64,000 nt of DNA from an uncultured Chloroflexia bacterium (GCA_963777045.1 CAVZPD010000009.1:371009-435008); one strand, 5' to 3'. Shown: positions 21,358 to 32,265, counted from the first letter of the stretch. Numbers and translations: made by a program. Notes: generated from the letters alone by a model not told the origin.

Positions 21358-22390
21358 ATGATCGTGGTGATGTCCCCAATGGCGACCAGGGAGGACGTGA
21401 CGACCGTGCGCCGCCACATCGAGGAGCACGGGCTGCAGGCCTTCGTGAGCACCGGGCAGGAGCGGACCGTCATCGGCGTCGTGGGCCTGAACCTCGAGCG
21501 GCTCGCCAACATCGGCAGCCTCGACGGGGTCGACCAGGTGATCCGCGTCACGAACCCATACAAGCTCGCCAGCGTCGAGCACCACCCGAGCGGACGCGGG
21601 TGATGGTGGGCGACGTGCCCATCGGCCTCGGGGACGACCTGGTGGTGGTTGCCGGCCCCTGCTCCGTCGAGAACCGCGAGATGCTGCTCGACACCGCCCG
21701 GTGGGTCGGCCACGAAGGCGCCCGCATGCTGCGCGGCGGCGCCTACAAGCCACGCACCTCCCCCTACTCCTTCCAGGGGCTGGGCGAGCCGGCGCTCGAG
21801 ATGCTGGCCGAGGCGCGCGAGGAGACGGGCCTCCCCGTCATCTCCGAGGTGACCGACGCGGCCGATGTCGAGCTCTTCGACCGCTACGTCGACGTGCTGC
21901 AGGTCGGCAGCCGCAACATGCACAACTTCGTCCTGCTGCGGGCGGTGGGGCAGTCGTCCCACCCGGTCCTGCTGAAGCGCGGCTTCGGGGCGACCATCGA
22001 GGAGTGGCTGATGGCGGCCGAGTACATCCTCTCGTCGGGCAACTCCAACGTGATCCTGTGCGAGCGCGGCATCCGCACCTTCGAGACCGCCACGCGCAAC
22101 ACGCTCGACCTCTCCGCCGTGCCGGTCCTGCGCGGCAAGACGCACCTGCCGATCGTGGTGGATCCCTCGCACGGCACCGGGCAGCGCGACCTGGTTGGGC
22201 CGATGGCGCTCGCCGGCGCGGCCGTCGGCGCCGATGCGCTGCTGATCGAGGTCCATCCCGATCCGCCCAAGGCGCTCTCCGACGGCGAGCAGTCGCTCAG
22301 CTTCCCGGAGTTCGGGGCGCTGATGGACGAGCTGCGCCGCATGCAGCTGCTGCGCGACCGGGCCGCGCGCGTCCGGCGCCGCGCCCGGTG
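21358..22390 (+). CDS. aroF: 3-deoxy-D-arabino-heptulosonate-7-phosphate synthase, type I-beta with an N-terminal ferredoxin-like regulatory domain; frameshift near 21600
   Basis: [29 protein letters not shown]...[12 protein letters not shown] is the FL domain seen in Thermotoga-type DAHPS. It then changes frame to [33 protein letters not shown]...[14 protein letters not shown]...[16 protein letters not shown]. The 3' end is approximate. Confidence 0.75.
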
Positions 22391-22692
22391 GAGGCTCCCG
22401 GCGCGCCGATCGGCGAGCTGCGCGACCGGATCGACCAGATGGACGATCGGCTGGCCTCGCTGATCCAGGAGCGCGCCGCGCTGGCGCTGGAGGTGCAGCG
22501 GGCGCGCGGCCCGGCCGGCCACGGGCACGACGTGCGGCGCGAGCGTGAGCTGCTGGAGCGGGCGGCGGCCGATGGGCGGGCCCGCTGACGCCGGAGGAGA
22601 TGACCGCCATCTTCGGTGCGCTGCTGCGGGCATCGCGCGCCGTGCAGCGGCGGGAGGCGCAGGCCGACCTGCTGGGCCAGCGCGGCGCGTGA
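22388..22692 (+). CDS. chorismate mutase (AroQ class); one frameshift
   Basis: GTG 22388 gives [41 protein letters not shown].... It then continues in another frame ...[36 protein letters not shown]. Confidence 0.6.
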
Positions 22693-24001
22693 GCGCGAGC
22701 CGAGCATCGCGCCTGCGACCGGTCCGGCGGCCGGCGCGGCTGCGGGGCGAGCTGCGACTGCCGTCGGACAAGTCGGTGGCGCACCGGGCGCTGATCGCGA
22801 ACGCGCTGGCCGGCGGGCCCGCGACGGTCGACGTTCGCGCGCCGGGCGATGACGTGTGGAGCACGGTGCGCTGCCTGCGCGGGCTGGGCGTGGAGTTGAC
22901 GAGCGGCACGTGCGGGGCATCGGTGCAGCTGGCCTGCGTGGGACGGGTGGCGCAGCCGGCGGGGCCGCTCGACTGCGGCAACTCGGGGACGACGATGCGG
23001 CTGCTGGCCGGGGCGCTGGCCGGCTTGCCGATGGAGGCGACCCTGGACGGCGACGCCTCGCTGCGGCGCCGTCCCATGGAACGTGTGGCGGCCCGCTGCG
23101 GCAGATGGGGGCGGCGGTCGAGACACGAACGGCCTGCCGCCGCTGCACGTCCCCGGCTCGGAGCGGCTCCGCGCGTGGAGCATCAGCTGCCGGTGGCCAG
23201 CGCCCAGCTGGTGGCGGCGATCTGCCTCGCGGCGCTCTCGGCGGAGGGCGAGACGCGGATCGTGACGCCCGCGCCGACGCGCGATCACACCGAGCGGCTG
23301 CTGGCCGCGATGGGCGCGGCGATCGAGCGGCGCCGGACGGTGCGACCGTGCTGCATGGTCCGGCGCGGCTTCGGCCGCTCTCGTTCACCGTGCCGGGCGA
23401 CCCGTCGGCCGCCACGCCGTGGCTGGTGGCTGCCGCGATCCACCCCGACGCCGACCTGCGCCTGGTGGACGTGGAGCTGAACCCGACGCGCCTGGGTGCC
23501 GTGGAGGTGCTGCGCGAGATGGGCGCGCGGGTCGACGTTCGCCACCGGCGAGCGGAGGGCCCGGAGCCGATGGGCGAGATCCGCGTCCGCAGCGGCGGCC
23601 GCCTGCGCGCGGTCTCGCTGGCCGGCGAGCGCGTCGCGGCGCTGATCGACGAGCTGCCGCTGCTGGCCGTGGCCATGGCCGCCGCGGACGGCGTCAGCGA
23701 GCTGCGCGACGCCGGTGAGCTGCGCGTCAAGGAGTCGGACCGGATCGCCGCCGTGATCGCGGGGCTGGGGGCCATCGGCGCGAAGGTGGAGGCGCTGCCC
23801 GACGGCTGGCGCGTGCGGCGGGGGAGCGCCCGCGACGCGGCGATCGCCACCTACGGCGACCATCGGATCGCCATCGCCTTCGCCATCGCGGCGCTGGCGG
23901 GCGTGGCCGGCGAGGTGGAGGTCGACGATCCCGAGTGCGCATCGGTCTCCTATCCGACCTTCTGGGAGGACCTCGAGCGGGTGAGCGGGGGCCAGGCGTG
24001 A
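22689..24001 (+). CDS. aroA: 3-phosphoshikimate 1-carboxyvinyltransferase (EPSP synthase); at least 3 frameshifts
   Basis: GTG 22689 overlaps the CM stop. LRLPSDKSVAHRALIANALAGG...LDCGNSGTTMRLLAGALAGL...LRRRPMERV; SAQLVAAICLAALSAEGETRIVTPAPTRDHTERLLAAMGAAIE; ...LRVKESDRIAAVIAGL...DHRIAIAFAIAALAG...*. Confidence 0.75.
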
Positions 24002-25194
24002 GGCGCCTGCGCCTGCTGACCGCCGGTGAGTCGCACGGCCCGGCGCTGAGCGGCATCCTGGAGGGGCTGCCGGCCGGCCTGCGCGTCTCGACCGCGAAGG
24101 TGGACCTGGACCTGCGGCGGCGGCAGCACGGCTACGGGAGCGGCCGGCGCATGCAGATCGAGCGCGACCGGGTGACCTGGACCGCGGGGATCCGCTACGG
24201 GCGAACGCTGGGCTCGCCGGTCGGCTTCACGGTCGAGAACCGCGACTGGGTGAACTGGACCGATCGGATGGCGGTCGAGCCGATCCCCGCCGCACGGCGT
24301 CCGAAGCCGATCACCCGCGCCCGACCCGGCCACGTCGACCTCGCGGGAGCGATCAAGTACGACACCGATGACATCCGCGACGTCCTGGAGCGTGCCTCGG
24401 CGCGAGCGACCGCGGCGCGGACGGTCGCCGGCTCGCTGTCGCGGCAGCTGCTGGCCGCCTGCGGCGTCCGGATCTGGAGCTTCGTCGACCAGGTTGGGCC
24501 GATCCGCGCCTTCGCGGATACCGACGAGCCGATGCGCCGCATCCCGGACGGCTGGTTCGAGCGCGACCTGCGCGACCCGTCGCCGCTGCGCTGCCCCGAT
24601 CCCGAGGCGGAGCGCGGCGATGCTGGCCGAGATCGACGCCGTGCGCGACGCGGGCGACACCATCGGCGGCTCGTTCGTGGTCGTGGCGGAGGGCGTGCCG
24701 ATGGGCCTGGGATCGTCGTCGGAGTGGGACACGCGCCTGGACGGGCAGCTGGCCGGCGCGCTGATGGCGCATCCCGGCGGCAAAGGGCGGTGGAGATCGG
24801 GCTGGGCTTCGGCGTCGTCCCGCTGCGCGGGAGCCAGTCCACGACGTGGTCGACGGCGAGGCCGATGGTGGGCGCCGGCTCACGAACCATGCCGGCGGGA
24901 TCGAGGGCGGCATCAGCAACGGCGAGCCGATCGTGGCGCGCGTCGCCATGAAGCCGATCTCCACCCTGCGCACGCCCGCTGCCGAGCGTCGACATGGCCT
25001 CCGGCGAGGTTGGGCGCGCGCACATCGAGCGCTCCGACGTCACGATCCTGCCGCGCTCCGGCGTGGTCGGCGAGGCGATGGTGGCCCTGGTCCTGGCCGA
25101 TGCCCTCCTCACCTCGTTCGGGGGCGACGCGATGGGCGACCTGCTGGCCGCGGTCCGGCGCCGTCGTCGGCGCTCGCGGGGCCCGCGCGGATGA
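23998..25194 (+). CDS. aroC: chorismate synthase; about 5 frameshifts
   Basis: GTG 23998 ([28 protein letters not shown]) overlaps the aroA stop. Fragments are [33 protein letters not shown]; [16 protein letters not shown]; [29 protein letters not shown]; and [28 protein letters not shown], each in a different frame. Confidence 0.7.
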
Positions 25195-25961
25195 CCCCAC
25201 GCGTGGTGCTGCTCGGCAGCGGGATCGGCTACTCGGCATCGCCGGCCATGCACAACGCAGCGTTCGCGGTGCTCGGTCTCGACTGGCGCTACGAGCTGGC
25301 CGACGTCGCCGGCGGACGCGCTGCCGGAGATGGTGCGGCAGCTGCGCCGACGGTGACGCTGGCCGGAGCCAACGTGACGAAGCCGCACAAGGCGGCGGTC
25401 ATCCCGCTCCTCGACGCGGTCAGCGAGGCGGCCGAACGGGCGGGAGCGGTGAACACCATCGTCCGCTCCGCCGATGGCCGCCTGCTCGGCGACAACACCG
25501 ACCTGCCGGCGCTGGCCAGCGAGCTTGCGCGCCTCGGCCGCTTCGAGCGGGCCGTGGTGCTGGGCCGGGGTGGCGCCGCGCGCACGGCCGCCGCGGCGTT
25601 GGCGGACGCGGGCGCATCGGTCCGGATGGTTGGGCGCGACGGATGGGCGGAGCTCCCCGCGCTGCTGGAAGCCGCGGACCTGCTGGTGAACGCCACGCCC
25701 ATCGGCACCGCGGAGGACGTCTCGCCCGTCCCGGCGGAGCTGCACCGGCCCGGCCTGGCCGTGCTGGACCTCGTCTACCGACCGTCGCCCACCCGGCTCG
25801 TGCGCGAGGCGGCAGCCGCCGGTGCCGATGCGGTGACCGGCGCCGGCATGCTGCTGCGGCAGGCGGTTCGCAGCTTCGAGCTGTGGACCGAGCGCTCGGC
25901 CCCGTTCGAGGTCATGCGGCGGGCGCTCGCCGAGGAGCTGGGAGCCGCGGTCCATGCCTGA
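25191..25961 (+). CDS. aroE: shikimate dehydrogenase
   Basis: The ATG overlaps the aroC stop (ATGA). [36 protein letters not shown]...[12 protein letters not shown]...GDNTDLPAL.... Confidence 0.75.
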   Translation: MTPRVVLLGSGIGYSASPAMHNAAFAVLGLDWRYELADVAGGRAAGDGAAAAPTVTLAGANVTKPHKAAVIPLLDAVSEAAERAGAVNTIVRSADGRLLGDNTDLPALASELARLGRFERAVVLGRGGAARTAAAALADAGASVRMVGRDGWAELPALLEAADLLVNATPIGTAEDVSPVPAELHRPGLAVLDLVYRPSPTRLVREAAAAGADAVTGAGMLLRQAVRSFELWTERSAPFEVMRRALAEELGAAVHA

Positions 25962-26470
25962 GCCGGGTGCCGGCGTCGTGCTGGTGGGGCTGCCCGGGAG
26001 CGGCAAGTCCACCGTCGGCCGCCTGCTCGCCGAGCGACTGGGGCGCCCGTTCCACGACACCGACGAGCTGATCGAGCGGCGCTCCGGCATGCCCGCCCAC
26101 GAGTACCTCCGGCGCCACGGCGAGGCGCAGTTCCGCGCGGTGGAGCGCGACGCCCTGGACGAGGCGTGCGCGGGACCGGCGCCGTGGTGGCGACCGGCGG
26201 CGGCGCGCTGCTCGACCCGCTGAATCGCTGGCGCCTGTGGGAGCACGGCCGCGCGGTCTGGCTGCAGGCCGATAACGACGTCCTCCTCGCGCGCCTCGAG
26301 CGCGACGCCACGCCGCGGCCGCTGCTCGACGGGGACGCCGCCCGGAAGCTGTCGGCGCTGGCCGAGGAACGGGCGCCGTTCTACCGCGCGGCCGACGATG
26401 CAGCCTCGGCCATGGGCACGCCGGACCAGGTCGCCGATGCCGTCGCGGACGCCGCTGGCTTGCCCGACGC
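25954..26470 (+). CDS. aroK: shikimate kinase; one frameshift, 3' end approximate
   Basis: [46 protein letters not shown] (Walker A). It then changes frame to [32 protein letters not shown].... It runs without a stop into aroB. Confidence 0.65.
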
Positions 26471-27542
26471 CACCCGGCCGGCGCCTCTTCGATGCGCTGG
26501 AGCCACGCAATCACGTCATCGGTCCGTCGCATGGCCGCGTCGTCCTCGGCCGTGGGCTGGGCCGATCCTGCGGGACATCCTCGACGAGCTGGGTGGCATG
26601 CCGTCGGTGGTCGTCGATCGCCGCGCGATGGCGCACCTCCCGCCGATCGGCGGCCGCTGCCTGGCGATCGCCGGCGGCGAGCGGGCGAAGCGGCTGCGCT
26701 CGCTGGAGCGGATCCTGGACTGGCTGGCGGCCGAGGGGGCGGAGCGGACCGACCCGCTGGTGGCGGTCGGCGGCGGCACGGTGGGCGACGTGGCCGGCTT
26801 CGCCGCCGCCACCTACGCCCGCGGCGTGCCGTACGTGGCGGTGCCGACCACCTGGCTCGCGCAGCTCGACGCCTCGATCGGCGGCAAGGTGGCGGTCGAC
26901 CTGGCGGCCGGCAAGAACCTGGTGGGCGCCTTCTGGCCGGCGTGGGCGGTGCTGGCCGATGTCGCGGCGCTGCGCACCCTGCCGCGTGCCCGGCTGCGCG
27001 ACGGACTGGCCGAGGCGGCCAAGGCCGGGATCATCGGCGACCCGGCGCTGTGGCGGCTGATCGCGGAGCGCGGGCGCGAGGCGCTGGGCGGCGACGAGGC
27101 GGTGCGCGCTACGCGATCACCGAGCGGGCGGTGCGCGTGAAGCTGGCGGTCGTCCGCCGCGATCCATTCGAGCGCGGCGAGCGGCGCGTCCTGAACCTGG
27201 GCCACACCATCGGTCATGCGCTGGAGGCGGAGGCGGGCTATCGGCTCGCGCACGGCGACGCGGTGGCGCTCGGCATGCGCGCGGTGGCCGCCATCGCGGC
27301 CGGACGGGGCGGCGATCCGGCGCTGTCCGCGGAGCTGGACGAGGTGCTGTCGGGCCTCGGCTTCCCGCTGACGCCATCGGTTCGACCCGGTGGCGGTCCA
27401 CGCGAAGCTGCGAACCGACAAGAAGCGCGTGGCGGGCCGGCAGCGCTGGCTGCTGCCGATGGCCATCGGCCGGGTGGAGGAGGTCGACGACGTGACCGAT
27501 GACGAGCTGGCGCGCGCGCTGCGCGCCATCGGGCAGGAGTAG
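26470..27542 (+). CDS. aroB: 3-dehydroquinate synthase; frameshifts at both ends
   Basis: LAIAGGERAKRLRSLERILDWLAAEGAERTDPLVAVGGGTVGDVAGFAAATYARGVPYVAVPTTWLAQLDASIGGKVAVD is the core. The C-terminus ...RDPFERGERRVLNLGHTIGHALEAEAGYRLAHGDAVALGM... and the final ...AMAIGRVEEV...LRAIGQE* (TAG 27540-27542) are in other frames. Confidence 0.7.
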
Positions 27543-27546
27543 GAGC

Positions 27547-27979
27547 GTGCGCATCCTGCTGCTGAACGGCCCGAACCTGTCGACGCTGGGCCGCCGCCAG
27601 CCCGAGGTCTACGGCACCACCACGCTGCCGGAGATCGTCGAGGCCTGCCGCGCGCGCGCCCTGGAGCGCGGCGCGATGCTGGACGACCTGCAGTCGAACC
27701 ACGAGGGGGCGCTGATCGACCGCCTGGAGCAGCTCGACTACGACGCCGTCGTGATCAACCCCGGCGCCCTGTCGCACACCAGCTACGCGCTGCACGACGC
27801 GCTGCTTGCCTGCGATCGCCCGGCGGTCGAGGTGCACATCTCGCGACATCACGACCCGCGAGCCGTGGCGGCGGGTGAGCGTCACCGCGCCGGCAACGCG
27901 GCACCAGGTGGTGGGGAAGGGTTGGCGCGGCTACCTCGAGGCGGTCGACTGGCTGCTGGAGCATGCCGGCGACGCCTGA
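27547..27979 (+). CDS. aroQ: 3-dehydroquinate dehydratase, type II; single +1 insertion near 27845
   Basis: AGGAG plus GTG 27547 gives VRILLLNGPNLSTLGRRQPEVYGTTTL...AVEVHIS. After a 1-nt shift it continues DITTREPWRRVSVTAPATRHQVVGKGWRGYLEAVDWLLEHAGDA*, which matches the canonical type II DHQase C-terminus. Confidence 0.75.
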
Positions 27980-28047
27980 CCGCGCTGGACTGGCCCACCG
28001 CGTCCGAGCTTGCCGCCGCTGGAATCGCCTGTGGTGAGATTCCCCGG

Positions 28048-28902
28048 ATGACAGCGCAAGGATCACCGAAGGCGGCGTTCGGCAACCCGTGGGTCTGCGG
28101 CACCTGTGGAAACCACTACCCGCCCGCAGCGGAGCCGCCTAGCGTCTGCATCATCTGCGCGGATGAGCGCCAGTGGGTGCCGCCAACGGGTCAGCGCTGG
28201 ACGACGCTTCCCGAGCTGGCCGCGGCGGGGCATGCGGGCGACGTCCGGGAAGTGGAGCCCGGGCTGACCGGGATCGGCTTCGATCCGCCCGTCGCGATCG
28301 GACAACGGGCGCTGCTGGTCCAGACGGACGAGGGCAACGTGCTGTGGGATCCGCCCGGCTACATCGACGAGGTCGCCATCCGCGCGGTCCGGGCACGCGG
28401 CGGTCTTCATGCGGTGACGGCCAGCCACCCGCACTTCTACGGCGCGATCGTCGAGTGGAGCCGAGCATTCAACGCGTCGATCCTCCTCCCCGAAGCCGAT
28501 GCACATTGGCTGACCAGGCCCGATCCGGCGGTTCAAACCTGGCGCGGCTCGCTTGAGGTGCTTCCCGGCGTCACGCTCGTCCAGTGCGGCGGTCACTTTG
28601 CGGGTAGCGCGGTTCTCCATTGGTCGGCCGGCGCCGATGGAGCGGGCGTCCTCCTGGCCGGCGACACGATCTTCGTCACGCCCGGCGAGGATCGCGTGAC
28701 CTTCGTTCGCAGCGCCCCGAACCGCCTGCCGCTCCCCGAACAGGCGGTGCGACAGGTGGTCGAGGCCGTGGGGCCCTACCCATTCGACCGGATCTACGGC
28801 GGCTGGTGGAAGCCGACGATCCACCGCGACGCACGCACGATCCTCGAGCAATCGGCCGACCGCTATATCCAGTGGCTTCGCGGCGAGGCCGCGTCTGATT
28901 GA
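28048..28902 (+). CDS. MBL-fold metallo-hydrolase with an N-terminal Cys4 zinc-ribbon motif
   Basis: MTAQGSPKAAFGNPWVCGTCGNHYPPAAEPPSVCIICADERQ (CxxC...CxxC) is followed by a metallo-beta-lactamase-like core (...VTASHPHFYGAIVEW...). It is open in the same frame as aroQ in the track. Confidence 0.55.
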   Translation: MTAQGSPKAAFGNPWVCGTCGNHYPPAAEPPSVCIICADERQWVPPTGQRWTTLPELAAAGHAGDVREVEPGLTGIGFDPPVAIGQRALLVQTDEGNVLWDPPGYIDEVAIRAVRARGGLHAVTASHPHFYGAIVEWSRAFNASILLPEADAHWLTRPDPAVQTWRGSLEVLPGVTLVQCGGHFAGSAVLHWSAGADGAGVLLAGDTIFVTPGEDRVTFVRSAPNRLPLPEQAVRQVVEAVGPYPFDRIYGGWWKPTIHRDARTILEQSADRYIQWLRGEAASD

Positions 28903-28976
28903 CTGACCAGCCGGGCTGTGGGGCGGCAACCTCCCGCGTGGCGCCTGGTGCAACGAATCACGCCAGGAGGACCTGC

Positions 28977-29145
28977 CCCGGCCGGTTCCTGCGCGAAACG
29001 TTGCCCTCACCGCAACAGAATGCGCGGGAGGGGCCGTTCGTGCGCCTGGCGTTGCATCTGCCGCAACAAACGACTCCAGAAGGCCGGTCCAGGGCCGGCT
29101 CGTGCGCAAAACGTTGCGCTCAGCGCAACGGGCGGTGCGGCGGGA
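28977..29145. repeat. three tandem ~54 bp repeats, each with an internal GTTGC-N7-GCAAC palindrome
   Basis: The units begin near 28977, 29031 and 29085. The consensus is gGCCGgtTCgTGCGCraaacGTTGC-n7-GCAAC. The palindromes are at 29000-29016, 29051-29067 and 29113-29129. The array sits in the convergent gap between the MBL gene and leuD. Confidence 0.6.
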
Positions 29146-29155
29146 TGCCGCGCGC

Positions 29156-29772
29156 CTACTGCGGCAGCGTGGAGATGCGCGGCGCGTGCGAGGCCTCGTA
29201 GGCGGAGATCGCCTCTTCCTGGGCGAGCAGGAAGCCGAGCTCATCGGTTCCGGTGAGGAGCATCTGGCGCGAGAACGGGTCGACCACAAAGCCGATGACC
29301 GAGCCGTCCGGCAGCCGCAGCTCCTGCGCCTCCAGGTCCACGCTGAGCGCCAGGTCGGGGTGCGCCTCCAGCAGGGCGGTGATGCGGCGCAGCTCCTCCG
29401 CCGGCACCTCGATGGGCAGCAGGCCGTTCTTCAGCGCGTTGGCCTTGAAGATGTCGGCGAAGGAGGAGCTGATCACCGCGCGGAAGCCCCACGCGGTGAG
29501 CGCCCAGGGCGCGTGCTCGCGCGACGAGCCGCAGCCGAAGTTGTCGCCGGCCACCAGCACCTGCCGCCCGGCCGCGCCGCGGGCGCGTTCAGGACGAAGT
29601 CGGCCCGCGGCGAGCCGTCGTCGGCGTAGCGCCAGTCGGCGAAGAGCTGATCGGCCAGGCCAGAACGGTTGATGGTCTTCAGGAAGCGGGCCGGGATGAT
29701 CTGGTCCGTGTCGACGTTGTCGCGCGGCAGCAGCACGGCCGCGGATTCGACGTGGGTGAAGGGCTCGCTCAT
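29156..29772 (-). CDS. leuD: 3-isopropylmalate dehydratase small subunit; one frameshift near 29565
   Basis: [49 protein letters not shown]... then changes frame to ...[20 protein letters not shown]...*. Confidence 0.75.
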
Positions 29773-31199
29773 CCCAGCGCCCTCGGATCGGTGAGGCGGC
29801 CGGTAACCGCGGACGCCACTGCGGTCAGCGGGGACGCCAGGAACGTGCGCCCGCCCTTCCCCTGCCGCCCCTCGAAGTTGCGGTTCGACGTCGAGACCGC
29901 GTACTGCCCCGGCGACAGCTGGTCGCCGTTCATGGCGATGCACATGGAGCAACCGGCCTCACGCCACTCGGCGCCGGCCTCGCGGAAGACGGACGCCAAT
30001 CCCTCGATCTCTGCCTGGCGCTTCACCTCGGTGGAGCCCGGGACGACCATGACCCGCACGCCATCGGCCACCCGGCGTCCGCGCAGCATGCGCGCCGCCT
30101 CCCGCAGGTCCGAAATGCGCGAGTTGGTGCATGAGCCGATGAAGACCACGTCGATCGGCTTGCCCAGCACCTGCTCGCCGGGATTCAGCGCCATGTAGGC
30201 CAGCGCCGACTCCAGCGAGGATCGTGCCACGGCATCCGACAGCGAGGCGGGATCGGGAATGCGCGACGTGATCCCGAAGCCCATGCCGGGGTTGGTGCCG
30301 TAGGTGACCATCGGCTCGAGCGCTGCCGCGTCAAGCGTGATCGAGCGGTCGTAGGTGGCGCCCTCGTCCGAGGGGAGCCGGCGCCATCGGTCCAGCGCGG
30401 CCTCCCAGTCCGGACCGGCGGGGGCATGCGGTCGTCCGGCGACGTACTCGAAGGTCGTCTCGTCGGGCGCGACCAGCCCGGCGCGTGCGCCGCCCTCGAT
30501 GCTCATGTTGCAGATCGTCATGCGCTGCTCCATGCCCAGCGCGCGTATGGCCGAGCCGCCGTACTCGAAGACGTGCCCGGTCCCGCCCGCCACGCCGATC
30601 CGCGACAGCAGCGCCAGGATGATGTCCTTGGCGGTCACGCCCGGGTGAAGCGCCCCCTCCACGCGCACCTCGAAGGTCTTCGGCCGCCGCTGCAGCAGGC
30701 ACTGGGTGGCGAGCACGTGCTCAACCTCGGAGGTGCCGATCCCGAAGGCCAGCGCCCCGAAGGCGCCGTGCGTGGCGGTGTGGCTGTCGCCGCACACGAT
30801 CGTCATGCCCGGCTGCGTCAGTCCCAGCTCCGGACCGATGACGTGGACGATCCCCTGGTGCGGCGAGCCGATCCCATGCAGCGGGATGCCGAACTCCTTG
30901 CAATTGTCCTCAAGGCGGCGAACCTGGGCTGCCGCCATCTCGTCGACGATGGGCAGGCTGCGATCCGTGGTCGGGATGGAGTGGTCGGCGGTCGCCACCG
31001 TCTGCTCGGGGTGGCGGACGCGGAGGCCCCGGGCGCGCAGCCCGTCGAAGGCCTGCGGGCTGGTCACCTCGTGGACGAGGTGCAGGTCGATGCCCAGCAC
31101 GTCGGGCACGCCGTCGCCGCCCGGGACGACGACGTGCTCGTCCCAGATCTTCTCGACGATCGTTCGCGGGCGCGGAGGAGTAAGGGTCGGTTCGCTCAT
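29769..31199 (-). CDS. leuC: 3-isopropylmalate dehydratase large subunit
   Basis: Intact. ATG 31199 gives [24 protein letters not shown]...GIVHVIGPE...[31 protein letters not shown].... The stop overlaps the leuD start. Confidence 0.85.
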   Translation of the reverse strand: MSEPTLTPPRPRTIVEKIWDEHVVVPGGDGVPDVLGIDLHLVHEVTSPQAFDGLRARGLRVRHPEQTVATADHSIPTTDRSLPIVDEMAAAQVRRLEDNCKEFGIPLHGIGSPHQGIVHVIGPELGLTQPGMTIVCGDSHTATHGAFGALAFGIGTSEVEHVLATQCLLQRRPKTFEVRVEGALHPGVTAKDIILALLSRIGVAGGTGHVFEYGGSAIRALGMEQRMTICNMSIEGGARAGLVAPDETTFEYVAGRPHAPAGPDWEAALDRWRRLPSDEGATYDRSITLDAAALEPMVTYGTNPGMGFGITSRIPDPASLSDAVARSSLESALAYMALNPGEQVLGKPIDVVFIGSCTNSRISDLREAARMLRGRRVADGVRVMVVPGSTEVKRQAEIEGLASVFREAGAEWREAGCSMCIAMNGDQLSPGQYAVSTSNRNFEGRQGKGGRTFLASPLTAVASAVTGRLTDPRALG

Positions 31200-31224
31200 C
31201 GGTCCGGCCACCCTAGCCGATGCG

Positions 31225-31650
31225 TCAAGAGGGCGCGACGGTGAACCCTTCGCGCTGCGCCGCATCGGCCAGGCGGCCGTCGAAGGTGACGAAGGCGAGG
31301 CTGGCCGGATGCCCTTCGGCGGCCGACAGCGCAGCGGCCAGCTGGAGGGCATCGGCGGCACGCAGTGGGTGCACTCGCAGGATTCGAATGGCCGACTGAC
31401 GCAACTGATCCGAGGGCTCAACTTCCTGCCACGACGCAGTCAGCTCGTCCAGGCGATGCATTGCGCGGGCGAAGGCGCCGGGTTGAAGCCGATCCTCTCG
31501 TTGGCGCCGGGCCATGGCCGATACGACTTCGACGCCCGTCCCCCACCAGGTGACCAGGTCCGGATCACGCTCGAATTCGGCTCGGGCTTGGCCGTGCTCC
31601 GGCTCGCCGATCAGCAGGGGCACAATCGCTGAGCTATCCCAGAACTTCAC
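31225..31650 (-). CDS. vapC: type II toxin VapC (PIN domain)
   Basis: [52 protein letters not shown]... is a PIN-domain toxin signature. It overlaps the antitoxin stop by 4 nt. Confidence 0.7.
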   Translation of the reverse strand: MKFWDSSAIVPLLIGEPEHGQARAEFERDPDLVTWWGTGVEVVSAMARRQREDRLQPGAFARAMHRLDELTASWQEVEPSDQLRQSAIRILRVHPLRAADALQLAAALSAAEGHPASLAFVTFDGRLADAAQREGFTVAPS

Positions 31651-31940
31651 CGGCCTGTCCGCCGCTCCTCGAGCAGAGCTTCGAGGACGCTTCCGCCGGG
31701 CTCGACCGCCGGCGGCGCCTCCCGCATGAGATCGATTGGCGGGGCTGACCTGCCGCGCCGGATGATGCCGGCCCGCTCGAGCCGCGCGATGCGACCGTCA
31801 GGATCCGGGTGGCTCGCCATGGGCTCCAAACGTGCCACCGGGACACCGCGATCGGTGATGACCACCGACTCACCCGCTCGCACGCGGTCGATCAGCGCAC
31901 TCAGCCCGTTCTTTGCCTCGGTGATCGTGGCTGTCTTCAT
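31647..31940 (-). CDS. vapB: type II antitoxin (Phd/YefM or VapB-like)
   Basis: MKTATITEAKNGLSALIDRVRAGESVVITDRGVPVARLEPM... is the prevent-host-death/YefM-like antitoxin N-terminus. Confidence 0.7.
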   Translation of the reverse strand: MKTATITEAKNGLSALIDRVRAGESVVITDRGVPVARLEPMASHPDPDGRIARLERAGIIRRGRSAPPIDLMREAPPAVEPGGSVLEALLEERRTGR

Positions 31941-31967
31941 CTGGCTATTCTAGCCAGGTGAGTCTGG
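31941..31967 (-). promoter_or_regulatory. palindromic operator / -10 region upstream of vapB
   Basis: CTGGCTAttcTAGCCAG is a 7 bp inverted repeat directly abutting the vapB ATG and overlapping a TAGAAT -10-like hexamer on the minus strand. A second inverted repeat CCAG-n6-CTGG is adjacent. Confidence 0.4.
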
Positions 31968-32265
31968 CTTGACTAGTCCTGTTTGAGTTCGATGACGGTT
32001 CCATCGTCGGAAGCCACGGTGGGGCGTTGGTCGGAGGGGGCGCCGCTGTCAGACCCCGGTCGTGGGGCACCTGCAGCACGTGCGGCACGCGCCCCACGAG
32101 CGATCGCTGACAGTGTGACACCCATTCGAGTCGCCCTCTCCTCCGCAGCGGCGAGGTACGAGGAGCTGGGGTTCCAGAGGGTCATCGACTCGACGATGAG
32201 CCGGCAGATGTCGTCGACCTCATCAGCTCGCGCGACGGATCTCTTCCGTGGCGTAGTGTGGATGG

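Noticed and set aside
21358-22692. DAHP synthase - chorismate mutase as a single fused protein
   Set aside because: The DAHPS frame lacks a stop before the CM GTG, but the junction lies in a region with known frameshifts. A T. maritima-like DAHPS would end where CM begins. They are annotated as separate genes with the ambiguity noted.
24195-26510. 771 aa minus-strand ORF opposite aroC/aroE/aroK
   Set aside because: It is antisense to motif-bearing shikimate genes and the translation is low-complexity Arg/Gly/Pro; spurious.
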